Of a stretch of 64,000 nt of DNA, positions 1 to 17,710 are shown in pieces (within the stretch, counting starts at the first letter, position 1; each line of letters starts with the position of its first letter). The translations under genes and the position numbers were made by a program. The stretch is taken from assembly GCF_009914755.1 (NCBI RefSeq), contig NC_060929.1, one strand, 5' to 3'. This DNA is from the human T2T-CHM13v2.0 reference genome, Homo sapiens. Below the pieces are notes generated by a model. The model was given only the letters and a program-made list of their open reading frames with translations, ran no database searches and was not told where the DNA came from.

Positions 1-214
1 TCCTGTCCCCACATGAATTTATGGCCCAAATTCACACTCTCAATCTGGAAACATTCAACTTCATCTAAAACTTTATTTGAGGTGATATTTGATTAGGAGT
101 ATAGCTGAAGAGCTGACAGAAACAAGAACAGATTCTTTAGTAAAGAATGCAATTTCAATCCAGGCTATAATATTTGCCAAAATGAAAGTCTACCTGAAAT
201 TTTGAACAGAAAAA

Positions 215-1767
215 ATCTACAGTAACAGTTGGAAACCTCAATACCCCATTCTCAGCATTGGACAGAACATCTAGAGAGAAAATTAACAGAGAAACATTGG
301 ATTTAAACTGCAGGTTAGATTAAATGGATGTAACAGACATTTACAGAGCATTTCATTCAACAGCTGCAGAATATGCTTACTTATAAGCACATGGGACATT
401 CTCCAGGATAGACCATATGTTAGACCACAAAACAAGCTTCAACAAATTTTTTAAAATTGAAATCATGTCAAGCATCTTCTCATACCACAATGGAATAAAA
501 CTAGAAATCAAAAACAAGAGGAAGTTTAAAAACTGTACAAATACATGGAAATTAAACAATGTGCTCCTGAATGAGCACTGTGTCCATGAAGAAATTAGGA
601 AGATGAAAAAATTTCTTGAAACAAATGAAAATGTAAATACAATGTACCAAAACTTATGGGATACAGCAAAAGCAGTGGTAAGAAGGAAGTTTACTACAAT
701 AAATACCTACTTCAAAAAAGTAGAAAGATTTCAAATAAACAACCTAAGGAACCTGAAGGAACTAGGAAAGTAAGAATAAATGAAACTCAGGAATTAGTAG
801 AAATAAAGAAATAATAAAGGTCAAGAAGCAGTAAATGAAATAGACACTAAAAAGAAACACAAATAAATAAAATAAATGAAATTAAAAAGTTATTCATTTG
901 AACAGGTAAACAAAATTGATAAACTCCTAGCTGGACTAAGCAGGAAAAGAGAGTAGACCCAAATAAGTAAAATCAGAAATGAGAAAGGAATTATTACAAC
1001 TGATACCACAGAAGTACAAAAGATCATCAGAGACCATCATGATAAACTACACACTAACATTAGAAAACCAAGAGGAAATGGATAAATAAAATCCAAGATT
1101 GATACAAGAGGACAGAGAAAACTTGAACAAGACTAATAACCAGTAAGGAGTTGGATTCGGAAGTAAAAGATCTCCCAACAAAGACAAACTCAGGACAGGA
1201 TGGCTTTAGTGCTGAATTCTACCAAACTTGTAAAGAAGAACTAACACCAAATCTTTTCAAGTGATTCCAAAAAATAAAAAATGAGAGAATTCATTCTAAC
1301 TCATTCTATGAGGCCGGCATTAGCTTGATACCAAAACCAGAGAAGGACACAACAACAAAAAAAGAAAATTACAGGCCACCATCCTTGACAAACATAGATG
1401 CCAATATCCTCAACAAAGTAGTATCAAACTGAATCCAATAACGTGTTAAAAAGATAATACACCATGCTCAACTGGGATTTATTCCAGAGATGCAAGGATG
1501 GTTCAACATATGCAAATCAATATATTGCGATTCATCGCAAAACAGAAGTAAAAACAAAAACCTTATGATCATCTCAATAGATGCAGAAAAAGCATTTGAA
1601 AAAATTCAACACCCCTTCATGATAAAAAAAACCCCTCACAACTAGGCACAGAAGTAATATACATTGAAATAATAAAGACCATATATGACAAAGCCACAGC
1701 CAACATCGTACTGAATGGGGAAAAGATGAAAACAATCCCCCTAAGAACTGAAACAAGACAAGGATCC
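215..1767 (+). mobile_element. L1 (L1M/L1MA-like) ORF2 fragment, endonuclease to early RT region; truncated at both ends
   Basis: ORF 417..773 is L1 ORF2-like (LDHKTSFNKF, NTWKLNN, YQNLWDTAKAV). Typical ORF2 DNA continues to ...acaagacaaggatcc with many stops and indels. Confidence 0.92.
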
Positions 1768-1770
1768 TTA

Positions 1771-2270
<500 letters not shown>

Positions 2271-4078
2271 TTTTTTCTAACTGAAAATGGGAGCAACGCT
2301 GTGTTATTCCTTCCAATACTGATAAAGTTGGGGAATCATTTAACATGGGCTTACAAACAGCCAACATGAGGCATTACTGAGAATTCTTAGTTATTATTGG
2401 AGATTAAAAGAAATTTAATGTCCTATTAATGGATATATAGGGGCCAAGAAAATATTTTTAATTTTTTAAAAATAGTAAAGATGATATATAACCTCGAATA
2501 TTTTATATCAAATTGCTAAATTTTTTAGCTTTGGCTGAAAGTAGACAAGAAGAATGGCTGCAATCATAACAAAATAAGGGTTGAGTTGTTTGTTGGGTTA
2601 TCCTTCCCACTATTTGGAATGTCACACTAGATCTATAACCTTCTGTGCTTAAACCAAGCCGGAGATGGCTGCTCAGGGCTCTCTCATCAGCAATCAGTGA
2701 CCTGCTTTCCAATTGCCTTCCCCAAATACCTCCCTAGTGTAACTATTTCTCCAGGGAGAGCTGTGTCTTTATTGAGCCCAGAAAGCACTCATCTGGCCAG
2801 ATTGGAAGTCTTCAAAATGTCCCCAGTGGGAAGCTACCCAAGGAGAGTAGGTACTCTGAAATAATTGTGTAAGCACCAGGCTACACACGGGTGTTAGCTG
2901 TACCAAAGCCAAAGAATGAAAGGACATTTCCAGAAACACATTTTCCAAGCCTTTGAATGGCTTTGCCATAACAACCCAATCAGCCTCATATTGTCTGTCT
3001 GAGAGAAACCACTGTCATTAGCAGAAAAAAATGAATAGGGCTTATACTTTCTCTGTATTAGAGTCCATTCCGTTTAAAATTATCAATTTGTTTGGCCATT
3101 TGCAAATAGTTTCTCTGATTCAATTTCTTCTCTGGCTCGCGGGAGTGGTGATTGCTGTAATAGATAACTCCCCTCCAAAGAGCCTGAAATAACCTCGCTT
3201 GGGATCAATACTCAGTAAAATTAAAATTGAATTTCTTTGGTGAGGTTTAAATTAGATTGATGTTTGTAAGGAAATTCATGTATTCCTGCACAGTATGTCA
3301 TAGATATTGAATATATTTTTTATTTTAATTTTTCAACATTCTGATATTATTAATAAAATATGTGTTTATCATATATGGCAGCTTATATAAAAATATTTCT
3401 CTATGTTTTCTAAAAACATAAATGGAAAAGAATACAAAATAAAATCAGAAAAAAAGAAAAAGAGAAAAAGGCATCAAGAAACAATATTGGAATCTTTTCC
3501 ATTAACTCATAGAGAAGATAGCCCCTCCCCACAGGGGATTAAAATAGTTTTCAAATAGACCTCAAGACATCCCAAATCCTTATGAGGAAATGTTCTATAA
3601 TGATGGATTACCACATCCTTTCTGGTTTATTATATGATTGTGGATAAGCCATTTAAGCTATCCTCTGTTCTCTCTGCTGTCCCCTTGAACAAGGTCTAAA
3701 ATGTATTGACATAGATGTTTGACAGTTGAAAAAGAGGATGAATGATTTTATAGTACTCCTTGGTACTTTTGATTTAAAGGGAAATCTTAAACCTCTGTTA
3801 AGCTTTAAAATCTTTGTCTCTCTGTTGGTTTCTATCATTCCTAACTCTATAGATCTAACCATCACAATACCAAGTTGCTGATATCCTCACAGAAATTATA
3901 CATATTTCTTTCTTAGGAAACACAAATGTTATTATATATCTTTTGCAACATATTTCAAGAAATAAAAGAGATATCTTAAACACTGAGTTGAGGATTCTAT
4001 AAAAGCACATACATGAACATAGTTTAAAAGCAACTTTGTAATTTATGAAGATTTATATTAATACAAATTGTGCAGTAT

Positions 4079-4722
4079 TGTCAGAGGCATTTGAACCAGA
4101 GCAACTCCATCTTAAATAGGGGCTGGGTAAAATAAGACTGAGACCTACTGGGCTGCATTCCCAGAACATTAGGTATTCATAGTCACAGGATGAGATAGGA
4201 GCCAGCACAAGATTCAGGTCACAAAGACCCTGCTGATGAAACAGCATGCCATAAAGAAGTTGACCAAAACCCACCAAAACCAAGATGGCAATGAAAGGGA
4301 CCTTTGGTCTTTCTCACTGCGCATATGCTAATTATAATGCATTAGCATGTTAAAAGACACCCCCACCAGTGCCATCACAGTTTACAAATGCCTGGAAGTT
4401 ATCCTATAACCTGGAGGTTATATATCCAATGTTACCCTATACAGTCTAAAAAGGGGAGGAACCCTCAGTTCCAAGGAAATTCCCATGTCTTTCCTGGAAA
4501 ACTCATGAATAATCCACTCCTTGATTAGCATATAATCAAGAAATAACTATACATACACTCAGTCAAGCAGCCCATACCGCTGCTCTGCCTATGAAGTAGC
4601 CATTCTTTTATTCCTTTACTTTCTTAATAAACTTGTTTTCACTTTACTGTATGAGTCACCCAAATTCTTTCTTGCACAAGGTCCAAGAACCCTCTCTTGT
4701 GGTCTGGATCGGGACCCCTTTT
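4079..4722 (+). mobile_element. MER41B-like solo LTR (ERV1)
   Basis: Starts tgtcagaggcatttgaaccagagcaactccatctt and ends ...tctggatcgggacccctt. Contains the B-type insert ggaggaaccctcagttcc...tttcctggaaaactcatg and AATAAA near 4627. Confidence 0.92.
4469..4499. promoter_or_regulatory. Tandem STAT motifs in MER41B: TTCCAAGGAA (4469-4478) and GAS TTCCTGGAA (4491-4499)
   Basis: Motifs read directly. Tandem GAS sites in MER41B are established STAT1-bound interferon-gamma enhancers; activity of this copy is untested. Confidence 0.55.
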
Positions 4723-7700
4723 GAATATTGCTTTCCTGTGTTTTCAGAAAAAAATGTGTTTCACTTTAAATTTATTTAATAGTGATTGCTCAAAAATAGG
4801 TATTGAGCCCTTACTCTCTACTAGTCAGTCATTGATAGATTCTGAGGGAAAAATAAATACAACATATTAGTTGTACCTTCAAGAAGTTCATAGAGTCTTG
4901 AGGAGCTTAAACAATGACAATAAATTAATGATATAATAAGTGTGTTATATTAGAGTTTATTCAAAGCTCATGAGAACACAACTGGGGAAAGCTGTCTTCC
5001 TAGAAACCAAAGAATCAAGGAAAATTGTAGAAACTTGAAGTTTGCAGTTGGTCTTCAAAGACACAAGCAAGAAATTGTGGAGGAGTTGAGGGGCAATCAC
5101 AAAAGACTTTTTTACATTTTTTTTTGCTTTATTTCATTTGCAAATGGACACGCCAGAATAATGATTGACAAAATGAGTGGAAGCTCCTTGAGGCTCTGCA
5201 GAACTCTTCATTTATATGTGGTGTTGTTGTCCCCACTCACAAAAGGGTTTAGTGTGGTTTGGTGTTTCTGACTCTACCATATGCAGAATTTACACTCTAA
5301 TTAGCTTCTTAGGTTTGTGATTTGAACTAGTAAGAGACCTTAAACTATATTTTTTAACTTATCACTATATCTACATGATAGAATACATTGTACTTTATAT
5401 GACCTAAAAGAAATACTTTTTAACAAGTAAGCCAGGTATCATTAAAATGTAGTCAGTTCAAAAAATATTTATTTTAATAACTGAAAAAGCAGAGTATAAT
5501 ATTTCATATTTAGTATATCAACCATGTAAAATATGTGTAAAACTAGAAAGAAAAATGACAAACTAGTAGTGGTTGCCTCTGGGATGTAGGATTATGGTTT
5601 TTTCTTCCATATTTTTCTGAACTTTATAATTTTTCTACTAACAACACTAATTTCTTTTAGAGTAATAAAAACTATATTTTAAACATAGAAACTTTTCAAT
5701 TCAACATCATCTAATTATTTGTCTCCTGGAAGTGGAGATAATTATTTTACACCTCCATTAGATGGGAGCAGCAGAATTTCGGATAGTCACAGGCAGCATT
5801 GTTTTAAATCATTTTGTTTTCTCTCATTTGCAAAGACAAGGCTACCGTCCTTGGCTAGTTTTGTTTTTTCTTCCTTCCTCTGGGCACCTGAAGATTATTT
5901 TATGTTTAAAGTGTTTAACTTTCTAGTCTGTTATCACGTATGAGCTAATATTTAGACTCTGAGCTGACCTGCAGTGTGGCTCAAAGAGGCAGCTACATTC
6001 TGGAGCCTGCTCTACAAGTCTGTTGGTTACAGTGGTTATGCAGCCAGCCTACAATTATGCTTCGGGCATTGTTTTTGCAGCCTTCCCTTCTGCAATTGCA
6101 CCTTTCAACTTCATTGTGTATCAACTGCTTTGGTGCTCTTTTACTTTCTACCCTTTGCCAGTAGGCAAGCAAGGCCAAAGTAAGAACTTTCCCCATTTTA
6201 TGTTTGAAGAATTCTCTGCGGAAGCAGCTAGTTAACATCTCACTAACGTAGTAGTGCTTAGGAAGTAAAACTGAGAGCCCTGCACTTTGGTATGCATCTT
6301 GATGTCACAGTCTCTTTTCAGAGGTGCCAGCCTCCTAGTTTTAATTCTCTCCCTCTTTGATGATTAAAACACCATCTGGCCAGTGTATAGCTTTAGTAGC
6401 TGAATTCTATAGCAGCTTTCCTCATATACCTTGGATAAAATTCTTCAGTTGCATGTAGGTGTTCTTTAGTGTGGGCTAGCATAGGCTGATTGCTTCAGTA
6501 CCTGGTAATGAAGCTGTGTTTAAGGGGCAGAGAAGGAACACTACCCACCAGTGGAAAGTCATGTAATTGCTGTGGGGGTCTTACTTCATAATATTGCTGC
6601 AAAGAAAATAAGGCAGAAGCAATGTATGTTGCTGAAGAAGGCATACAGAGAAGCGATTTCCTCAATCCTTCTAAGGCTTATCTGACCTCCCAATGTGCTG
6701 TTGGATGTTAGGTGAGACAGGAGTCTGGGTGAGCACAGCCCATTCCACAAGAACTCCTGGAGAAAGAAAACAAAGATTCATAACTTGAGTCAGATGTGGT
6801 GCTCTCTCTCTTTCTTTTTTTTCTCACTCCATATATATATGTATAAATTAATTTATATATAAGATATATTTATTTATGGATTCAATTCAGAAGATCTATT
6901 TTTGACACCAAACGCCATGCCAAGAGAAGAGCTATAAAATGAGAACTGTAATTTAGTTATTTTTTATGAGTTAGCTCTCTAGGCAGACCCTCTTCCTATA
7001 TTCACACAAGTGATAGGAACTTTCCTAAGTTGACAAATATGCAAAACTGGAGTGAAAACATATTTTCACAGTTTTTGAAAGCTGATGATAAAAGCTGGTC
7101 ATGGGGTAGAGACTTTCATGTGTGAAACATATGTTAAAACAAGCAATGGGGGATGGGAACAGAATAGTTTATTTGAGAGACCTATATAGTGTAACTGTTG
7201 AATGACGTATGTGCTGTTAAACTTGTTTTTTATTGTAATAGAACTGAGAATTTCCTGAGCTGCAGCCTCATTATTTCCCTCAACCATGATGGATTCTGAC
7301 TATGTTTTCTCGTTAATCTCAAAGTGTTTTCTTTGTTTCTATAGGAAGATTTGCAATTATGAATATATTCCTTAACTAAACCTTTTAATTGTCCACTGAT
7401 AGAGTTCTTTGGTAGTAAATCTTTCCAATCTGATGAATTTATTAACTTCTTTGTTTACACACAGTTGGAAAGTATGCAGACAGGAGAATTCTGTGTTATT
7501 TCAAAATATTTATATTTTTTATCTTCTTTATAATTGATACCATCAAATTATAGGAGTAATTTTTAAAAGTCGCCTGTAAGATACATAAAATGTTAGCCTA
7601 TGGTCATGAGCACTATTACATTGACCGTGTCTGTCCATTCCCCTGCCTCCTTCATCTTGCCAACCTTGATGGCCATTATATTTTTTGGGAAATGCCAACA

Positions 7701-8899
7701 GGATGGGCTACTACACTACATGGTATAGTTTTTAGAAGTTAATTGTAGCTTAAATTCCATCACGCTGAAGTAAGCCACAATGCCATGGGCAATTCTCTGT
7801 GGTGACTTCTTGTAGCAGTAGTAACATTGGTTGTCTTTTCTCATTGCCCAGACTATGAGGACAAATCCCTCATGCCTCGTGTCCTTGTTTATCTGAGTTT
7901 CCACGAGAGAGTAAGCCTTTTCTGCCATCTCTCACCAATTGGAATCTCTTCCCTATGGTGCCCGTGGATGACTGATCTGGTCCTCCTTTTTGTACCCAGA
8001 CTGTTCCATGATGCCCTCTGAAATGCCTTCCTCCTCATTAGCAGGATTCTTTTAATTTTCACATTGTCACAAAGTATTATCTTGACTTCCCTGCCTAAAC
8101 CAAAACCTGACTATCTTCAGAGGATATTGGTTTTCTTACAGTACTCACAAGTGGAAGCAGTTTTCTCTTTCACAACCCCAAATCTCAGGGCTTGAAAATA
8201 GTTTCATTATCTACTTTGCTGCTCATTGTCACTTCCAAATTGCTATCCAACAGTCTGCTCTTCAATCCTTATCCTGTGACCATATTTCCATGTCAAGTTC
8301 TGAGCAGGAGTAGCTGAGGATGTGGTGTGCACTTTGGACAAGGATATTTGATATATATTCATTGTAACTTGAAACAACAGAAAATTAGGCTTTTTATAAC
8401 TAAATTTGGCTGGGATGAACATAACAGTAGGTGCAAGAGAATGTATTGAAGGAGGCATGAATTAAGGAAGATCAAAACACACCGGTTGACTATTATTCTC
8501 AAATATTAATTTTCCTATACAGGCTTTTGATTGGAACCACATGGCTGTCAAGTCAACATTGAAAGCTTTGTAGAGTGCTAAATATAGGTATTTGGTGTTT
8601 TGAATATTTAACTTCAGGATCAGAAGTATAGGAGGACAAATTTGGCATTTTTAGAATGCAAATTGACATACCTGACTTACCATGGAGAGCCATGTATCTC
8701 TGCATGAAGATAAGCTGAAGGAGCTATTGGCAGGGTTGAGATACCAGCATTGTATAGTATTTGGATTTGTTTTGGCAGGCTTTTGCCACATTGTAAGGCT
8801 TAAAGTCCATCCCTAACTACCTTGCCAAGGGTGGAGGTGTAATTACTGAATGCATATTATGTCTTCAAGTGGCCATTTGGTAGAGCTAAACAGAGAACA

Positions 8900-8925
8900 G
8901 TGTGTGTTTGTGTGTGTGTGTGTGT
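8900..8925. repeat. (TG)n microsatellite
   Basis: gtgtgtgtttgtgtgtgtgtgtgtgt. Confidence 0.9.
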
Positions 8926-9039
8926 AATTGATCCTAAAGCACAGCATATGAAAAAATGCAGTTTAATTGAACATGAGGACTTCAGAGCACAAATCAGGAT
9001 TCTGCCTGTTTTAACAAATTTATCTTCTACTGTGCCTTA

Positions 9040-9220
9040 AAGTGATACATGTGTTATCATACTTTATCATTACAGTGTGGTTGTGATTTTGACATTACTT
9101 TCATTTAACAGATGACAAATCCGAAGTACAGAGAAGTTAAGTAAAATTTTCAATGTATGTTGGTAGCTGAAACTTAGCCTTTAGGTCTGCCAGTTCCAAC
9201 TCCAGTGTTTTTTGTGCTGT
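9040..9220 (-). mobile_element. MIR fragment
   Basis: MIR core catttaacagatgacaaatccgaagtacagagaagttaagtaa. Confidence 0.7.
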
Positions 9221-9820
9221 CTGAATTGGAGGGCTAGACAGGATAAACAGTTCTACAGAGTACATTTCTACAACAGATGCTGAAAGAATCTGAGACAAAT
9301 TACAGCGTGGAAAAATTGGTATCCTATCTATCCTGAAGTTGAGTGAGAGATCAGATAATTTGGTACTTTTCTGTTATAGATTTCATAGCTATATTGATGT
9401 CTGGAGGTGTTTGCTATAAAGCATCAGTTATTTAAAATTGGATGAACTAAGAGAATGGCATTCAAGTCTGTCAGTATTTAGAGAGGAGGCCCTTTTGGCT
9501 AATGATCAGAAATTGTTTAGACTTTGAAATAGACTAAAATAGAATAAGAGAGACTAAGATGCCAATGGTGTAGATTATGTGATTCCATGTACATGATGCC
9601 AATGCTCCTGAAGTGGTTCAGTTCTCAGACTCAAGTCCCATTATTTCCTAACACCAGAATAAGCTGGGAGAGCAGATGGCTTTGAGTACTGAAGCTGATC
9701 TGTGATTCTGGTGTAGAAGAAACAAGTCATTTATATTTCTTAATACATTATTTGATCATCAGTTACATATTCAGGCCTTGTTTTTGGCCCGCTTGATAAT
9801 ACAATGCATATAATCATCCC

Positions 9821-10560
9821 ATGGTGTATAATAAAGGATTTGGCTGGATATTGTCCCTGATTCTGGGAGGGAGCCTCTAAGCTCTTGAGATTTTCTGAAT
9901 AACAAGAGTGTCCTTGTTACTTATGAGCCCCTTGGATCATGCCTAAGTTTATGCTAATTAAGTAACACATAGTGGTACCCTGGATAACTTCAGGATGAAG
10001 CCTGGCCACAGAAAATCACATGATTAGAGGGAGGGAACTTTGATATAACCCAACCACCAAGGAGGTGGGGAAAGCTGGAGACTGATTTTAATTCTGTGCC
10101 CAAAGAATTAATGAACTGCAATAAAAACTCTGGATGCTGAAGCTCAGTGGAGTTTCCTGGTTGATGAGCACATTAATGTGCCAGGAGGAAGACACACCCT
10201 GACTTCACGAGTTGAAGGCTGTGGAGTTCTGTGTTTGGAAAGCACTAAGACCTTGTCCCGTGTGCCTCTTCATTTGGCTGCTCTTGAGTTGTATCCTTTA
10301 TATTAAAAAAAAAAAACAAAAAAACTGTAATTGTAAATAAAGTACTTTCCTGAATTCAGCAAATTAAGTGTGAGTGGGCTCAATATGGGGAAATCCAAAT
10401 TTGTAGCCAGTTGTTTAGTGGTGTGGATAGCCTGGGAATCACTTGAACTTGTGACTGGTGTCTGAAGTGGGGGCAGTTTTCAGGATTACTGAGCCTGTAA
10501 ATTGTAGGGTCTATGCTAATTCCAGGACTTTGTGCCAGAACTGAATTTCAGTATACAACT
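9821..10560 (+). mobile_element. ERVL-class solo LTR, MER21/MER68/MER77 group
   Basis: tataataaaggatttggctgg...gggagcctctaa...gtttatgctaat...cctcttcatttggctgctcttgagttgtatccttta...aaatttgtagccagttg match this group; subfamily uncertain. Confidence 0.75.
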
Positions 10561-12074
10561 TTGTGTTAAATTAATTTAAGTTGAAACAGAGGATCCCTAA
10601 AAGGAAGAAAGATGTATTATTAAATTACCCGTTGGCACTTTTTTTGTTGATAAAGAATGACAACACGCTTACCATACATAGCTATTTTCCAAAGCTTCAA
10701 ACCAATTAGGAATTATCTTGTAGAACTCCAGTTATTTACTGGTGCATTTTTTGATTACAGGCCTAACCCTCTCTGAATATAGCTATGATAATTTTATCTG
10801 CACTGTCTGACTCCCTGATAACCATTATGAGTGTACCATCATAGGTTATGTGCGTATATGAACTTGCTGTGATATTTAGTGACCAAGATGGGGTGCCAAT
10901 GGTAGAAGGTTGGTCCATAATGGGATTGTATGATTGATCCTCTTTACTATCAAGGTGAACAAGAATGCCTAACATGATAGATACAGGCCACACAGTCTAC
11001 ACATACATGTTGGCTGTACTATGGTGACCTCCATGGTTATGTGTTCAAACTCAGTCAAAGTTCAAGAAACCTGAAATAGACTTCTGCTCAAAAGAAACTG
11101 CCCCATGTTTAACATCTGAGTCTAAGATGGCTTTTTAACCTATTATCGATTGCTGGAGATCCAGGGAATGACTCATAATCTATGCTCTTCTTTTGTGTTC
11201 TCTTTAAGAAAATTCTTTTTTCTTTTTATAGGATGGAAACCTCTATAGCGGTTGCTAACTATTATATTTTGAGTGACTTGGCCACTCAAAAATGATAATG
11301 TTTTTGCTTAATATTTTATATTTATTATAAAAGATGACGATAGTTTTGGCTTATTTATAGAAGGTTTACAGTTATGTTTCTTTGTTTAATTCAGAGAGGA
11401 TTCATGAGGATGAAAAGTTTTGAAAGATTTGGAAGAAGAAATTTGAGACATTACTGAGGAATATATAAGAAGCTAGAAGAATAAAAACGGATGTTCTTAA
11501 TGTTTTACCACTTATCCTTCATGAACTAAATTGGGAATCTGATTTAAAACAAACATCCTCCCATCCCCTTCCCTCGACTCCCCTGAGAAAAGAAACTAAG
11601 GGAGGAAATGCAGAGCATTGTATAATCTTAAATGGTTTAAAGACTGCATATTAGTTTGTCCCTTCAGCTGTGTACAAAGCTAACCATAACCTAAAAGTTG
11701 TCCCTCCAGGTTGTCACACTGTAACCACTATAATTTTTTTCTGAGACACTGTTTGATGGATATCAGAACTTCTGAGTCATATGACACTTGTTTGTCTTAC
11801 ATTTTTTCAAGAAAACACATTTTTCATCACATTCATGTGAGTCTTGAAATTAGCTGTTTTGTAAGTGTGTTATTGAGAATTCATATCTTACAGGTGCTGA
11901 CTGGAAAAAAATTTAGTTGAACATTCAGATTCACTATTTGCTCTCTGAGACTACTTAATAGTAAAGTATATTCTAAGTTCTTGTGTACTGCCTCATTGTG
12001 TTTTGAGGGCTATGGAATGATCTGGAGCAGGGCTAGAGTTGAGCAAAGGGAATTAAAATACTGAAATCTTACTT

Positions 12075-12230
12075 GTGTGTCAGATGGTATATAGTCATTA
12101 TCTCATTTTACCTTAGTAGCTTAGTGCTAGGTGGTCATATCCCCATTTTATACATGAAGGACCTGACTCTGAATAAATAACTTGCCCAGTGTACAGAATT
12201 GCAAAACAGAATTCCTGACTCCATATATAT
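12075..12230 (-). mobile_element. MIR fragment
   Basis: attatctcattt...atccccattttatacatgaagg...taacttgccca. Confidence 0.7.
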
Positions 12231-12255
12231 GTTGTTTTAATTTATCACATGCTGA

Positions 12256-12646
<391 letters not shown>

Positions 12647-13084
12647 TGATTCTTTTTTCTTTTTTTCACTACATATGAAACAATCAAAACCAGCTAATAA
12701 TGTCTGCTAATCCAAAGAATCAGTAGAGAGAAGAAAAACATACTTGAAATTTCCTAATGTTCCAACTGAAATGAATCACTGGCATGTTTGATTGCTGAGT
12801 TTGTACAATATTACTTTGTTTATGCTTCACCAGGCTATTATTAACATTTTTATTACCATACAGAAACTATGTTGAAATGTAATTAGCAATACTGTCACTA
12901 ATTATCTAATGAGTGGTAATTATTAGTTGGTTGGATTTTCATGCTACATATGATCCAGTGTTCTATTAAAGGCTCTAGCATACAATATTCATGTGATTTT
13001 TTTTACATTAATAAAATTTTCATGTATGAGAAAAGTATGCACTTTGAGTTCAACAATTGTGTATTCAGAATAGTAGTAGTTCTG

Positions 13085-13170
13085 CAGTGGGCTAGTTACT
13101 CAACTTTTCTGATCCTCAGTTTCTCCATCTGTAAAACTGGGGAATGATGATAATACCTGTAAAAGATTAA
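13085..13170 (+). mobile_element. MIR core fragment
   Basis: cctcagtttctccatctgtaaaactggggaatgatgataatacct. Confidence 0.8.
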
Positions 13171-13442
13171 AAAGATAAAATCATGACACACACAAATATA
13201 AAATAAACGTGTCAAAGATTTAATTTACTCATTAATTATTGAGGAAACCAGAAAGATATTACAACTTTAAAGGATAATACAAAATACCACACAAATATAG
13301 TAATCAGGAGTATTTAAATGAATTTACAATTACAAAGAGTGCTCACCCCTCCCTGCCCTCCAACCCCCAACTCACAAATGGTACGGAAGTCAGTTGTCCC
13401 TCTATGGGAAGAATTAATTTGCCTGTCTATGATCAACAATTA

Positions 13443-16219
<2,777 letters not shown>

Positions 16220-17129
16220 AATAATTATTTCCATTTTGATCAGTTATTTACAATATACAGAGTAGTAAACAGTTCTGTCAATGAAAGGCATGAATCTGAT
16301 AGATAATGAGGAAGGGTGTATCCTAGGAAATGCCTAGTTTTTTACTGAGAACTCCCACAAGCCTTTTCTGTTCCATTTCTAAGTCTTTCACAATTTGTCT
16401 CTAAATACCTAATTTGAGAGGTTATTGAGAAGATTGTAACAAAATCACAAAATGCTTTTTCATTTTAACTATTATATGTACACACACCCCCCCAAACAGT
16501 AGAGTAGATTTGGTCTCTTTTAAAATTCCTCTTGTTATAAATTAATAATTTAAACACCTGAAACAAAAATTTATACCAATTCACCCAGATTACTGATATC
16601 AAGATTCAGGCTGATGTATTTAAGTGGTTTGCTGATTGAATGTAAAAGCTTTGGCTAAAGGTAAATGTTGGCATTATGAATCATTCTGTAGAGGAGAGTA
16701 TAGTAAATAAGCAAAACCAAAATGAGCCATTGCTTTGTTTGCCAAGCAGTCACAAAAATGTTGAAAGGCTCATTAGATTTTTACACTCTATCTTTTGCAT
16801 GAACAAACTGACAACAGATTTATCAGACTTATCGTACTTTTTAATCATCAAGAATTGTATTCCTTTTGACTATGAATTGGAGCAGTAAAAGAGAAGCAGA
16901 AATGCCTCAAAATGAAGGCTTACCCTTCACTGATCAAGAACCCAGAAGATAACAGGTGTGGCACAGCTATCACACTAAGTCTGTCCCCTGCCAAAAAAAG
17001 GACTTGGAATAGATGGAGAACTGAGAATGGAGTCCAGTGAGAAAAATAAAGGGTCTGGCCTAAGTGTAACTATGAGGAATACAGGGTTCGATTTAATTAT
17101 TCAATTATAATTTAGGTTGGATAGACTCT

Positions 17130-17515
17130 GTTTAACCCTCCAACCCCCCGATTGATTCTCTGCTCTTCTCTGCCCTTGGAGAGCCTGTCCATGGAGGATG
17201 ATTCCCATGGACTCCAGCACCATGGCTGTACAGTTCTTTGCCCTCTAGCTTTCTGTTGGCTTTAGTCAGTTGAAAATAGAAATATTTCTCCCCTTCCCTT
17301 TGAGTACTGTAGTTCCGCAACCCTTTATGACCACCAGGTTGGCTAGAATTGTCTTCCCCTTGCTTACCTCTACAGATCCTGTTGTAATGATGGCTTCTGA
17401 TTGTTGACAGTCCTGGGTCTTATTGGTCCCTACACCTCTGAAAATAGCCCCAACATTAAATTCTCTTCATATCCTTAGCTGAGTTTTTTCTGTTTGTTCT
17501 CAGGACCCGGATGAA
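17130..17515. mobile_element. LTR33-like ERVL LTR relic
   Basis: ttgccctctagctttctgttggctttagtca and cattaaattctcttca...tttctgtttgttctcaggacc resemble LTR33. Confidence 0.55.
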
Positions 17516-17564
17516 TCTCGAAAGAATAACAACAAACTGTTGAGAAATAACTACTCTTGACAGT

Positions 17565-17710
17565 TATATAGCTTATATATTAATCATTTAATCTTTAAAT
17601 ATTGCCATTATTATTTAACAGAAAAGGAAATTGAGGCACAGAGAACTTCGATGACTCACTTGAAGCAAATCTGACTAAAAAAAGCCATGTTGTTACTGAG
17701 CATGCTGTAT
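17565..17710 (-). mobile_element. MIR fragment
   Basis: atttaacagaaaaggaaattgaggcacagagaa. Confidence 0.7.

Noticed and set aside
3095-5835. Three CATTTGCAAA motifs (about 3097, 5135, 5825)
   Set aside because: Not the canonical octamer ATTTGCAT, widely spaced, and plausible by chance at this AT content.
11210-11280. Strong acceptor ttcttttttctttttatag|GATGG
   Set aside because: No convincing donor downstream; such tracts are common in AT-rich DNA.
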